This document shows positions 34,387 through 43,613 of a stretch of 64,000 nt of DNA, piece by piece (positions within the stretch are counted from its first letter, which is position 1; each line of letters begins with the position of its first letter). A model generated the notes under the pieces. The model saw only the letters and a list, made by a program, of their open reading frames with translations, ran no database searches and was not told the origin of the DNA. The stretch spans positions 248,001-312,000 of the IMG/VR virus record IMGVR_UViG_3300037054_000148. One strand, 5' to 3'. The translations under genes and the position numbers were made by a program.

Positions 34387-37300
34387 ATGACTCAGATTTT
34401 GCGCCCAGTAACTGAAACCACTAATGACGGGTTTTATTTTGATCCTACCTTGCATCCAGCGAGTGTAGTGGTTAGCCCTCCGGGGGGAAATGAATTCCCG
34501 TTCACCAGTGGGGGATGGTGGTATAGCTCCTCCCTTCCGGCTGGGCAAGTCTCTCCTTTCGGCGTAAATGGGCAAATCATAAACCCTTGGGCCACCAATT
34601 TAAACTCTAACATTTTGGTTCAACAGTATCACACTGGGTTCAAAGCCTTAGCAGCCCCTGCATCTGTTCAGGGAATGAATACTAAGGAGGTCATTTATGG
34701 GTCGTTTCCAGTCTTAACCGATAGCTGGACAGATGGGCTATTGTCAGTAGTTTGCGGCTACAACGCGATTGCGGCCCTAAAGACCGATGACACTGTTCCA
34801 GTTATGAATTTGGAATATTCTATTGACAACGGCAACACCTGGACCTCCATCACCAGCTTGTCTTGGCCCACCACTTCTGATAATACTGGCCTGAGTGGGG
34901 GACTCTATTGGTGCTATCTGGTGGAGACTCTTGGTCCGAACACGGTTATTTCCCATGGTACAAGCCTTCCCAACGGGTCTGTTCAGCCATGGTGGGGCAT
35001 CACATCAGGAAACCAGTACGACACCACCATACCCGGCATTACGGCTCTGGAAGTAGCCAACATCCTAGTTCGTTTCACTCTGTCTGGGGGTTACGTCCTC
35101 CCAGTAGGTTACCCTTACACGGCCAACGGAGCCCCTTATTATGTGGGGACCGGATGGCAGATTGCTGACGTCAGCCTAACCGATGCGGCCACTGTGGCTG
35201 TTCCACCTAACTCTGCCACAGGCACCACCGGGGTTTCCGGCCCCGCCAATGCAGTTACCATTACGACTGGACCCGGAGCCTTCGGACAGTCGGATCTGGA
35301 CTGGCAGGTAGCTACGATGACTGGAAATGTAGTGACAGGAACCTATATTCCAACAAAAGTCATGCAGCCTAACGCCTTCTGGGGAACCATCGCTGGGACT
35401 ACATGGGTCAACGCAGGAGATGGGCCTATTCCGTCCACTTCAGCCACTCATGTGGGGGGTTTAAACACCCGCTACCGCTATCAGACAACTTTCCTCCTGC
35501 CCAGCAACTTCTCTACAGCCAGTTTAAACTTAGCGTTGCTGTGCTCTGATTACTCCCCACGAATCGCCTTGAACGGCAATGTAATCGGAACTCAATCGGC
35601 CATCACTAATAACGCCCCCAACCCCAACCCTGTGGCCCCTCCGGCTACTTTCGCGGCCTCCACGGGCTTTGTGACTGGCACCAATATTTTAGAAATTGAT
35701 GTTCAGAATGGAGGAGACTGGACAGGACTAGATGTCTTGGCCCAAGTGGATTACCAGTTGAGTTCATCTTCCCTCTCAGGAAGCGGGATCACAACCCCAA
35801 GCACCACGGTCGGACTTGTAGCCGTGGGGGGCACCGCACCCTATGGTTTCTCCATCGTGTATTCTGATCCTCAGACGACTCTTCCAGACCCAACAAGCAA
35901 CGCCAGCATTGTGAGTATTAGCGGTCAGCCCTACCTACAAATTGATGGATCTTACGTCCCAGCCGGAACTTACACGATTCGTGTTCATGTTGTGGATACA
36001 GAAGGGGACTCAAACGATCAAATTGTTCCTGTCAATGTGCTGAGTAACACGAAATTCAATATCCTGAATGAGTCCATTGCGGTTGTTCCCGCCTCTTTCC
36101 CCTACACAGCTTCCCTAGAGTTGGAGCAGTATGGGGGGTCAGGCTCTGTGACTTGGAATATCCTACCGGCCTCAACTACAGTTGCTTCCGCCCTAGTTGA
36201 GGCTGCGGCTCTAAGCTACACGGTTAACGGATTTGGGACTTACCATATCGGACTGGTTGCAGTCGATTCTCTGGGCAATACCACCTCTAAGATCATTGCT
36301 ATCATTGCCACCTCTGATACAGGGTATAAATTAGTGGACGGGCAAATCGAAATCCTATTTGTTGATGAGGCTGGAATAAAGACCGGCTCTCATCAATTTA
36401 ACATTGGACTCTTGGATAGCGCAAGTAACACCAGCACACGAACCTACAACTACCTATTAAATACCACGGATTCTGTTATTGCCCCAGTGCCATACGCTAT
36501 TAATAAGTATTGGGCAACCTCAGATACCACACCTTACAATTTCCAAATTTCTGGAAATCAGTCTGGGGTTATAATCGGGACTTCTCCAGCCGTAACCCTA
36601 GCCAATGGCCTTACGGTATACGTAGACGGCCCTTCAAAATTCATCGAAATTTCTGGACCACCCGTAACTTCTATCAATGCGATTGCCAACGTAAAGATTC
36701 CTTTGATTCGTGCCAGTCAGGTGATTGGCACTATCAATCGCTCCTACGTCACTGTCCCTTATGCGGGGAGCAATCTAGAGAATCTAGGGGCAAATACAGT
36801 CCAGACTGTCCCTGCGGTTGTGGGGGATTTCTTCACTCTTAATGTTCAGAAGCCCTATTTCAACTCTCCGGATAACAATAGGGATGTCACATGGTATGTT
36901 CGAGTCCAGGCAGGGTCGTCCCTTCCAACTGGTCTAAGCCTAGATCGAAATACAGGGCTGATCTATGGGCCAGTTGAAAGTGCCAGTACTTCCCCAGGTG
37001 TTATTGAGTTTGTTAACAAGAGCGGAGTTGTTGTCGGAACCTTCACCATCAATTTCAATTTCTTTGCCAGTGACTACACCTTGATTGAAAGTCTCCCTAT
37101 CGGGAAGCTTGGATCTGTGTACAATGGTTTCATAACTTCAACTTCAACCGATGCGCTGACTACGGGCTCTGTGATATATGGAAATATGCCATCCGGTCTA
37201 ACTCTAACCACCAGTGGAAACACCCTGCTTGTAACCGGAACTCCAACTGAAGCTGGGTATTTTGATTTCTGGGTTAACTCCATTAGCAGCACTGGAAAGA

Positions 37301-39534
37301 AAGGTTACATCTATAAACGACTTGAGGTTACATTCATCGCCCCAATCGCCATCACTTCAACCACCATTCCTTCCGTTATTTCCACTCAGAGCTATTCTAA
37401 GCAACTTACCGCTGTGGGGGGAGTTGGGGGTTATACTTGGAGTGTGAGTTCGGGAACACTTCCCAGCGGAATTACCCTTAGTCCGACTGGTTTGCTGAGT
37501 GGGGTTTCCACAAACGTAGGATATGCACAATCCATCACTTTCACTGTGACGGATTCGGATGGTAACACTATTCATCAGGGTATCCAGGTGACGGTGGAGT
37601 CCGCTCTCACCATTCTTAATGCTTCGCCGCTACCCAACGTAGAGTTGAACGTCCCCTATTCTTTATCCCTCTTAGCTCAGGGAGGAACTGGAACTGGTTA
37701 CACCTGGGGGGTCTCTCCATCCCTTCCGACCGGGCTCTCATTGAACACCAGCACTGGAGTTATCAGCGGAACAGTAGTGGGTGCCACTCTCCCCGTTCCT
37801 GCCTCAGTTTTGTATGGCATCACTATTACAGTGACGGATTCGGGTAGTAATACAGACTCTTCTCCATTCAATTTATCTGTAGTGCCGAAGCCTCCTCCTT
37901 TGGGCATTGATGTGTCTGGTGTGGGTCCAATCTCTAGAGGTGCAAACTATTCTGCTACACTAAAGGCCACCGGCTCTGGAGTCCTTCCTTATACTTGGCT
38001 ATTCTCTAACCCAGCTTCCACCCCTCCTGGATTGCAAATTAATGCAAACCCTGTGGATCAAGGTGGGACCGCTTTCATCAGTGGAGTGACAACGGCTGTG
38101 TTGACCAACATATCTGTTGAAGTTACTCTGGCTGATAGCGCAGGGGGTTTGGTTAACGGTTATGTGATTCTGACTTCTGTGCCTAGCGTAGAGATTCTCA
38201 CCCCTGGACCAAGCCTTCCACAAGGACAAGCGGGGTCCAACTACTCCTTCAATCTCTCTGGGAGGAGTGCTAATTTACCCTTGACCTGGGCCACAACAAC
38301 TCCCCTACCCCCTGGGATGTCCATGAACTCAGCGGGAACTATTACGGCTGGTAACATTACGGCTGCGACTGGAACCTACAATGTCACCTTCCAATTAACG
38401 GATGGGATAGCGGATACAGCGACTACCACCTTTAGTATCCAAATTGTAAACACAACGTTAGCCATCACTACCACATCGCTTCCAATCATCCCCAATGGCC
38501 AGCCCTTCAGTACCACATTGACTGCCACTGGAGGGAGTGGAACCGGCTATGTCTGGGAATGCTCTGATCCGGCAAGCGGGGGGCTACTGGCAAATGGTTG
38601 GACTGTTACGGTTTCGGCTACTGGAACCCTTACTGCTACTGGTGCGACTGGCTCTTACACTGTCTCGGCTACGGGAGGAAGCGGGGTCTACTCCGGCACT
38701 GGATTGTTCCCTTGGTCCGCTCTGACCGGAACCGTCCCCGCTGTTTCCGGATTGACCAAAACGCTGTTCTACAATTATATTGGAACCGTTCAAGTCACTG
38801 ACACAATTACAAATCAAACTATCCGTGGAGTAATCAATATCCCCTTCCAGCTTTCCCCAACGGACACTTTGCCTAAGACCATCACCTCTTCACAAACTCT
38901 TACCAATAGCTGTAATCTGGCATCTGTCCTTCCGACTGGGGTTAGTTTTTCTGAGGGTGGAATTCTAGCCACCACTGGAACGACTGCAATTTTCAATCAG
39001 CCGGTAGAGTTTACTGTAACCGATTCAAATGGGGCTACGGTAAGCACTTCCCTGAATCTACAGGTTCAGACCATTACCCCATTGGGTGCGCTACAGACTG
39101 GGCCAGACTACATCAATGGAACTCAGACCAGTTATCTGGGTGCTATCAGTTTGGTCCCCGGAGACATCCAGGCCATAAACCCACGACCGAATCAGAGCTT
39201 CTTTATCTATGGAAGTGTCCCCGTTGGCGTGACCGCTTCTCAGCTTAACGTCACCACTACTGTAAACAGCAATACGGGAGCTTACTCGAATGTGGTTGGG
39301 GTGGTGGACTCAATTAGCAGCACTGGAATTGTTATAATCAAACTAGTGTTTGAGGGGCTCCAGAATGGTTATATGACTAATCCTCCTCTTGGAATCCAAA
39401 GCAATTCAGTGGATATTACGCTGATTAACACCGCTAGTGGGGCTAAAGCCGTAGGAACCTTCTCATTCCAAACCATAAATCCTGGAGTATTAACAATATT
39501 GCAGGGCTTCTTGGCCGCTCTTCCAACTTTTTAA
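34387..39534 (+). CDS. giant Ig-repeat (He_PIG-like) protein with a lectin-like domain, 1715 aa
   Basis: Many GG...Y.W....LP.GLSL...G.I.G repeats; YRYQTTF.LP...IALNG jelly-roll segment. Confidence 0.85.
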   Translation: MTQILRPVTETTNDGFYFDPTLHPASVVVSPPGGNEFPFTSGGWWYSSSLPAGQVSPFGVNGQIINPWATNLNSNILVQQYHTGFKALAAPASVQGMNTKEVIYGSFPVLTDSWTDGLLSVVCGYNAIAALKTDDTVPVMNLEYSIDNGNTWTSITSLSWPTTSDNTGLSGGLYWCYLVETLGPNTVISHGTSLPNGSVQPWWGITSGNQYDTTIPGITALEVANILVRFTLSGGYVLPVGYPYTANGAPYYVGTGWQIADVSLTDAATVAVPPNSATGTTGVSGPANAVTITTGPGAFGQSDLDWQVATMTGNVVTGTYIPTKVMQPNAFWGTIAGTTWVNAGDGPIPSTSATHVGGLNTRYRYQTTFLLPSNFSTASLNLALLCSDYSPRIALNGNVIGTQSAITNNAPNPNPVAPPATFAASTGFVTGTNILEIDVQNGGDWTGLDVLAQVDYQLSSSSLSGSGITTPSTTVGLVAVGGTAPYGFSIVYSDPQTTLPDPTSNASIVSISGQPYLQIDGSYVPAGTYTIRVHVVDTEGDSNDQIVPVNVLSNTKFNILNESIAVVPASFPYTASLELEQYGGSGSVTWNILPASTTVASALVEAAALSYTVNGFGTYHIGLVAVDSLGNTTSKIIAIIATSDTGYKLVDGQIEILFVDEAGIKTGSHQFNIGLLDSASNTSTRTYNYLLNTTDSVIAPVPYAINKYWATSDTTPYNFQISGNQSGVIIGTSPAVTLANGLTVYVDGPSKFIEISGPPVTSINAIANVKIPLIRASQVIGTINRSYVTVPYAGSNLENLGANTVQTVPAVVGDFFTLNVQKPYFNSPDNNRDVTWYVRVQAGSSLPTGLSLDRNTGLIYGPVESASTSPGVIEFVNKSGVVVGTFTINFNFFASDYTLIESLPIGKLGSVYNGFITSTSTDALTTGSVIYGNMPSGLTLTTSGNTLLVTGTPTEAGYFDFWVNSISSTGKKGYIYKRLEVTFIAPIAITSTTIPSVISTQSYSKQLTAVGGVGGYTWSVSSGTLPSGITLSPTGLLSGVSTNVGYAQSITFTVTDSDGNTIHQGIQVTVESALTILNASPLPNVELNVPYSLSLLAQGGTGTGYTWGVSPSLPTGLSLNTSTGVISGTVVGATLPVPASVLYGITITVTDSGSNTDSSPFNLSVVPKPPPLGIDVSGVGPISRGANYSATLKATGSGVLPYTWLFSNPASTPPGLQINANPVDQGGTAFISGVTTAVLTNISVEVTLADSAGGLVNGYVILTSVPSVEILTPGPSLPQGQAGSNYSFNLSGRSANLPLTWATTTPLPPGMSMNSAGTITAGNITAATGTYNVTFQLTDGIADTATTTFSIQIVNTTLAITTTSLPIIPNGQPFSTTLTATGGSGTGYVWECSDPASGGLLANGWTVTVSATGTLTATGATGSYTVSATGGSGVYSGTGLFPWSALTGTVPAVSGLTKTLFYNYIGTVQVTDTITNQTIRGVINIPFQLSPTDTLPKTITSSQTLTNSCNLASVLPTGVSFSEGGILATTGTTAIFNQPVEFTVTDSNGATVSTSLNLQVQTITPLGALQTGPDYINGTQTSYLGAISLVPGDIQAINPRPNQSFFIYGSVPVGVTASQLNVTTTVNSNTGAYSNVVGVVDSISSTGIVIIKLVFEGLQNGYMTNPPLGIQSNSVDITLINTASGAKAVGTFSFQTINPGVLTILQGFLAALPTF

Positions 39535-39543
39535 GAGGAATTA

Positions 39544-42069
39544 ATGTCTTCCACTAATCCAGTTCCCTACATCCCGCTCTTAGAGGGCTATTCAGGATAT
39601 GTCTATCTCACAAATAGCACGACAGTCACAGGAATAAATTATGCCACTGGAGGGGACCAAGCGGCCACTCAGCCACTAGCCCTTCAGAATAATGTAATTG
39701 GGTTTTCAAAGGCTCTGGGATCTGGACAGGGAAGATTACAGATCGCTTACGACTCTGTAAGTGACACCACCCAGCTTCAATATATTGGTGGGAGTCCTAC
39801 CTCTCCAAATACCTGGGATGCCGCTATGGCTGATAATTTCCCTGTCTCCATTTCACTCACTGACATTGCTTACATAAATGCAGCCAACCAATATGATTTG
39901 TACACATTTGTGCCCCCCGCCTCTGGGGCAAATGGAGCCGGTGCGGGAGGCTCTCAATTTACCTTTGAAGTGTGGGCTCTTTGTCAACCACAAATCGCCT
40001 CTATTTCCCCGACCAGTATTACGGCGGATGGGTCGGCTCACATTATTACAATTTCTTTGGCTCGAAGGCTTCACAGTTCTCAATCCCCAACTATTTCACC
40101 CTCCATCACTGGGAGTGGGGTCACGCTTGGCACCCCTACTCCAATAACTAATGCGAACGGGCAGTTGACAGGATGGAGTATGACTGCCACCGCATTAGCC
40201 GCTCAGCCTACTTCTACGCAAAGTATCACTTTCGCTTTGACTGAGAATGCCACTTATCTGAGTGGGGATTCAATCGTCACTAACGCGCTGACCTACCCAT
40301 CTAGCACTCAGAGTCTAGGTGTCATCTCAGAGGTCTCTTCATCCATCCCTATTGCCGCCACAGCCGCTACCCTGGTTGGGGGCTCCGGAACAGACGTTAC
40401 CCATGGCCTAGTCACTGCCACATCCGGTGTTATCGCCGGAGGATTGACGGCTCAGGTTACCCTTACTTCTGGCACTCTATCAGATTTAACGGCTCCGGTA
40501 AACGTTGTCGCTCTTCCTTACAACTTTGCCACAGGGACGACTTCTTACACGAACCCGACCTTGAAGGCCATTAATAACCGCACCACTATTGCAACAATGA
40601 CTCCAGTCGGAGCCCCCACCATTGTAATTAATGCTCAAGGGAATAACGTTTATCAACAGCAATACTACGCAAATTTTGATACTTCTGCTCTGCTGTTGGA
40701 TCCTTCTGGGAGCGCCTACCCTCAATGGCAAATCGGTTACTCCGCAACTGGCCCCACCGTCCCCTATACGAATTGGTTTGGAACCTATGTTAATGGTAAT
40801 CTCACTGGGAACACCGCAGCTTACACAGTGTACGCCCTAGTTGGTGGAGATGAGTATGCCTACTCATCGGGTGTGTGGGAGGATGCGGCTGGGAACCCAG
40901 CCATAAACTTGTATTTCAGCGGCACAGTCCAGTTTTATATCTCCCCAAATTGGAACCCGGAAAATGTTATAAACTCTGCTCCAGAAGTGCTTACCTTGAT
41001 CCAATACCAAATAGATGGAGGCACACTAACCTCTTCCAACTTAGCTACAACTTATACCGCAGGGAATGGGGATATCGCCATGGGTCTCGCATCCATTGAT
41101 ACGACAAAGTTCTCAGTGCCGACAGGGAACCACTCAATCACCTGGAAGTTGATCACCGATCTGGATACTGGTGCCACACAAACTCAAGTGCAAACCGCCA
41201 CTGTAGCCTTCTCTACAAATCAAAGTGCTATTGGTGGGGCAATCCCTGATTACACCGTCTCCAGCACTTCCGCAACGACTCAATCCTTCGTGCAAAACCA
41301 AAGCTCTTCTGTCTCCTGGGTACTCACTTACAAACCCAATATTCTATTCGCTGGCAGCTTGAGTTTCGGCATTACGGGACTTCCCTCTACTGGGACGACC
41401 TTTGTGTTCACCCCTTCCACCCTGAGCCTTCTGCCAGGAGGGACCGCACTCAACACCACACTAACCCTAACAGCCTCAAGCGCACCAGTTGGGAACTACC
41501 CCATCACCATTCACGCCACATCTGGGGCTTCAGATGACGCTCCTTTCAACGCGCTCTTATCCGTAGAGGCTCAGGTTATTGCTCCTGCCCCCCCTTATCA
41601 GGAAACCGGCCGCTGCTGCTTCTTAGCTGGCACGAAGATAACAATGGAAAATGGGGTATTAAAAGACATAAAGGAACTAGAGGTAGGAGATAGGGTTGCC
41701 TCCTACGATATTTCTTCTAAAACCATGACCGTAGGGACTGTGGAGTTTATCCATAATCCTATCCGGAGTCATATCAATCATGTACAGTTTGAGGATGGAA
41801 AGGTGCTAAATGTTACCTCTGATCACCCACTTTACACAACTGAAGGTTGGAAATCATTAGATCCGGAATCAACCCAAGTTGGGTATGGCATGACCTGTAG
41901 GAGATTAGCTGAGGGGGATCAGGTCATGAATTTAAAGGGGGATTTCCTTACCATCACCAATATTGAATTTGAAGCTGGAGAGTTCCAAACATACGCTCCT
42001 GGAAGAGTGTCCGACTGCTCTACCTACTTTGCTGATGGCCTCTTAGCCCACAACTGTGGGGGCGGCTAG
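39544..42069 (+). CDS. virion protein with a C-terminal Hint (intein-like) domain
   Basis: CFLAGT.I.M (block A), VTSDHPLY (block B), YFADGLLAHN-C (blocks F/G). Confidence 0.85.
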   Translation: MSSTNPVPYIPLLEGYSGYVYLTNSTTVTGINYATGGDQAATQPLALQNNVIGFSKALGSGQGRLQIAYDSVSDTTQLQYIGGSPTSPNTWDAAMADNFPVSISLTDIAYINAANQYDLYTFVPPASGANGAGAGGSQFTFEVWALCQPQIASISPTSITADGSAHIITISLARRLHSSQSPTISPSITGSGVTLGTPTPITNANGQLTGWSMTATALAAQPTSTQSITFALTENATYLSGDSIVTNALTYPSSTQSLGVISEVSSSIPIAATAATLVGGSGTDVTHGLVTATSGVIAGGLTAQVTLTSGTLSDLTAPVNVVALPYNFATGTTSYTNPTLKAINNRTTIATMTPVGAPTIVINAQGNNVYQQQYYANFDTSALLLDPSGSAYPQWQIGYSATGPTVPYTNWFGTYVNGNLTGNTAAYTVYALVGGDEYAYSSGVWEDAAGNPAINLYFSGTVQFYISPNWNPENVINSAPEVLTLIQYQIDGGTLTSSNLATTYTAGNGDIAMGLASIDTTKFSVPTGNHSITWKLITDLDTGATQTQVQTATVAFSTNQSAIGGAIPDYTVSSTSATTQSFVQNQSSSVSWVLTYKPNILFAGSLSFGITGLPSTGTTFVFTPSTLSLLPGGTALNTTLTLTASSAPVGNYPITIHATSGASDDAPFNALLSVEAQVIAPAPPYQETGRCCFLAGTKITMENGVLKDIKELEVGDRVASYDISSKTMTVGTVEFIHNPIRSHINHVQFEDGKVLNVTSDHPLYTTEGWKSLDPESTQVGYGMTCRRLAEGDQVMNLKGDFLTITNIEFEAGEFQTYAPGRVSDCSTYFADGLLAHNCGGG
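41617..42054 (+). other. Hint/mini-intein domain, 146 aa, no endonuclease
   Basis: C1...TxxH...HN followed by CGGG-stop; AT-richer codons than the N-terminal part. Confidence 0.85.
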
Positions 42070-42091
42070 CGGAAGCTGATGAAAGCCTAAA

Positions 42092-42784
42092 ATGACTTCT
42101 CCTTATAAATATGCTCTTCCTGGCCCCCCCTTCAACTTTCTGGGGCACATGTCTCAAACCCAGAATAATGCTTTGTATGCTTGGATCAATCGAAACAGTG
42201 CAAATCAACCATTAGCTATGGCGTGGTATCAGATCAGAGCCAACCAATTAAGAAAATCTGCTGGTCTGTTAGAGGGTTACTATGCAACCAAATACCCAGA
42301 TCCGTCTGCTCCACAAGCAATGACTCCTAGCTTCCAGAAAGCCGAATGGCAGCCTGGACCTAATGGTCATTTTACCTACGTAAACGGGAATGACCAGCTT
42401 AGTTCCGTAACAGTCAGCAAGATAAAAGACTACTATCGTTATATGATGCAACGTGATGATGAGGGCATGTTCTGGATGAATTGGCTGAGAAACCATATAG
42501 AGCGGCATGAGGATATGGCTAACTTACACAATGATGCCGTCATCCAAGTCCCACTCCTCCAGACTGAGTTAACTACCATGTTTGGTCTTCCAGAAAATCA
42601 GAACGTTCTTGTGGATGATATTACCACTCCTGTCGAGGGTGTGAACAACGCCTCCCTACCGGGGCCTTACTTCCGAGTTAACCAGTTAGACCAGCCCACC
42701 GCCTGGGAACTCTCTCAATTTAGCCATCTATCCAGCGGTAAGGCCATTCCGGGGACACCTCAGCAGACTGGTGCCGGAAGCTAA
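42092..42784 (+). CDS. hypothetical protein in the structural module
   Basis: 230-aa ORF between structural genes. Confidence 0.75.
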   Translation: MTSPYKYALPGPPFNFLGHMSQTQNNALYAWINRNSANQPLAMAWYQIRANQLRKSAGLLEGYYATKYPDPSAPQAMTPSFQKAEWQPGPNGHFTYVNGNDQLSSVTVSKIKDYYRYMMQRDDEGMFWMNWLRNHIERHEDMANLHNDAVIQVPLLQTELTTMFGLPENQNVLVDDITTPVEGVNNASLPGPYFRVNQLDQPTAWELSQFSHLSSGKAIPGTPQQTGAGS

Positions 42785-42823
42785 TCCAATCATTCGGCTA
42801 TCTGGAGCTATTTTGAGAGAACT

Positions 42824-43603
42824 ATGTCCTACGACTTTGATGTGCGCCTATCCCCTTGCAACCACCTTCAGGTGAAGGAGAGGATGACTGTTGATTTGAC
42901 AGACCTTCGAACTCTGCTTTACGCCAGTCCTAATCAATATCAGGATGCGGTTCATATCAGAGGAACGGTTGCGGCGAAAGCCTCAGTAAAGTTGTTCATC
43001 TCCGGTATTGAAGTGCCCCAGAGCCACCCTCAATACGGTTGGGATGTGTGGCCAGATACCTCATTTCCCGCCTCAGCACAGCTTTCGAAAATTATGTTTC
43101 GACAACAGATGCGGCTGACTAACCCGGTGATTGAGATACAGTATATTACTATCGCGGCCTATTGTTTGAAGTGCAATGGGTTTAGTAAAGTGAACGATTA
43201 CACAATCGCTCAGAATGGCTCGTTCTTACACGTTTGGGAGTTCTATAAACTTGTCCAACGGATATACAAGTTTATTTTGACCTCAAACTGCATATTCTAC
43301 CCTGCCTTTACTTCCCAACTAAAAAATTTCATTGGGCAGAAATTCTTAGGGACGGAAGACGACATTTCAAATGAGTGTTCGAACGCACTGGACAATTTGA
43401 AGCGGATCCAGTTAGCTCAAAAAAACATACAAGTTTTATCCCCCCAGGAAGTGTTGAAAAACATCGAGAGTATTAGCTCAGTGAGAAATGCCGAAGACCC
43501 TACAATCATTACAACAAATATGATGGTTTCTTCTTACGGAACCCCCCGTGCGACCCCACTGAGTTTTACGTTACAAACCACGAACAACAATATCCAAAAT
43601 TAA
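42824..43603 (+). CDS. baseplate wedge protein (gp25-like C-terminal region)
   Basis: KLVQ...K.ILT....FYP.F.S.L..FIG.K; lies next to the baseplate J-like gene. Confidence 0.6.
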   Translation: MSYDFDVRLSPCNHLQVKERMTVDLTDLRTLLYASPNQYQDAVHIRGTVAAKASVKLFISGIEVPQSHPQYGWDVWPDTSFPASAQLSKIMFRQQMRLTNPVIEIQYITIAAYCLKCNGFSKVNDYTIAQNGSFLHVWEFYKLVQRIYKFILTSNCIFYPAFTSQLKNFIGQKFLGTEDDISNECSNALDNLKRIQLAQKNIQVLSPQEVLKNIESISSVRNAEDPTIITTNMMVSSYGTPRATPLSFTLQTTNNNIQN

Positions 43604-43613
43604 GAGGTCGAGA

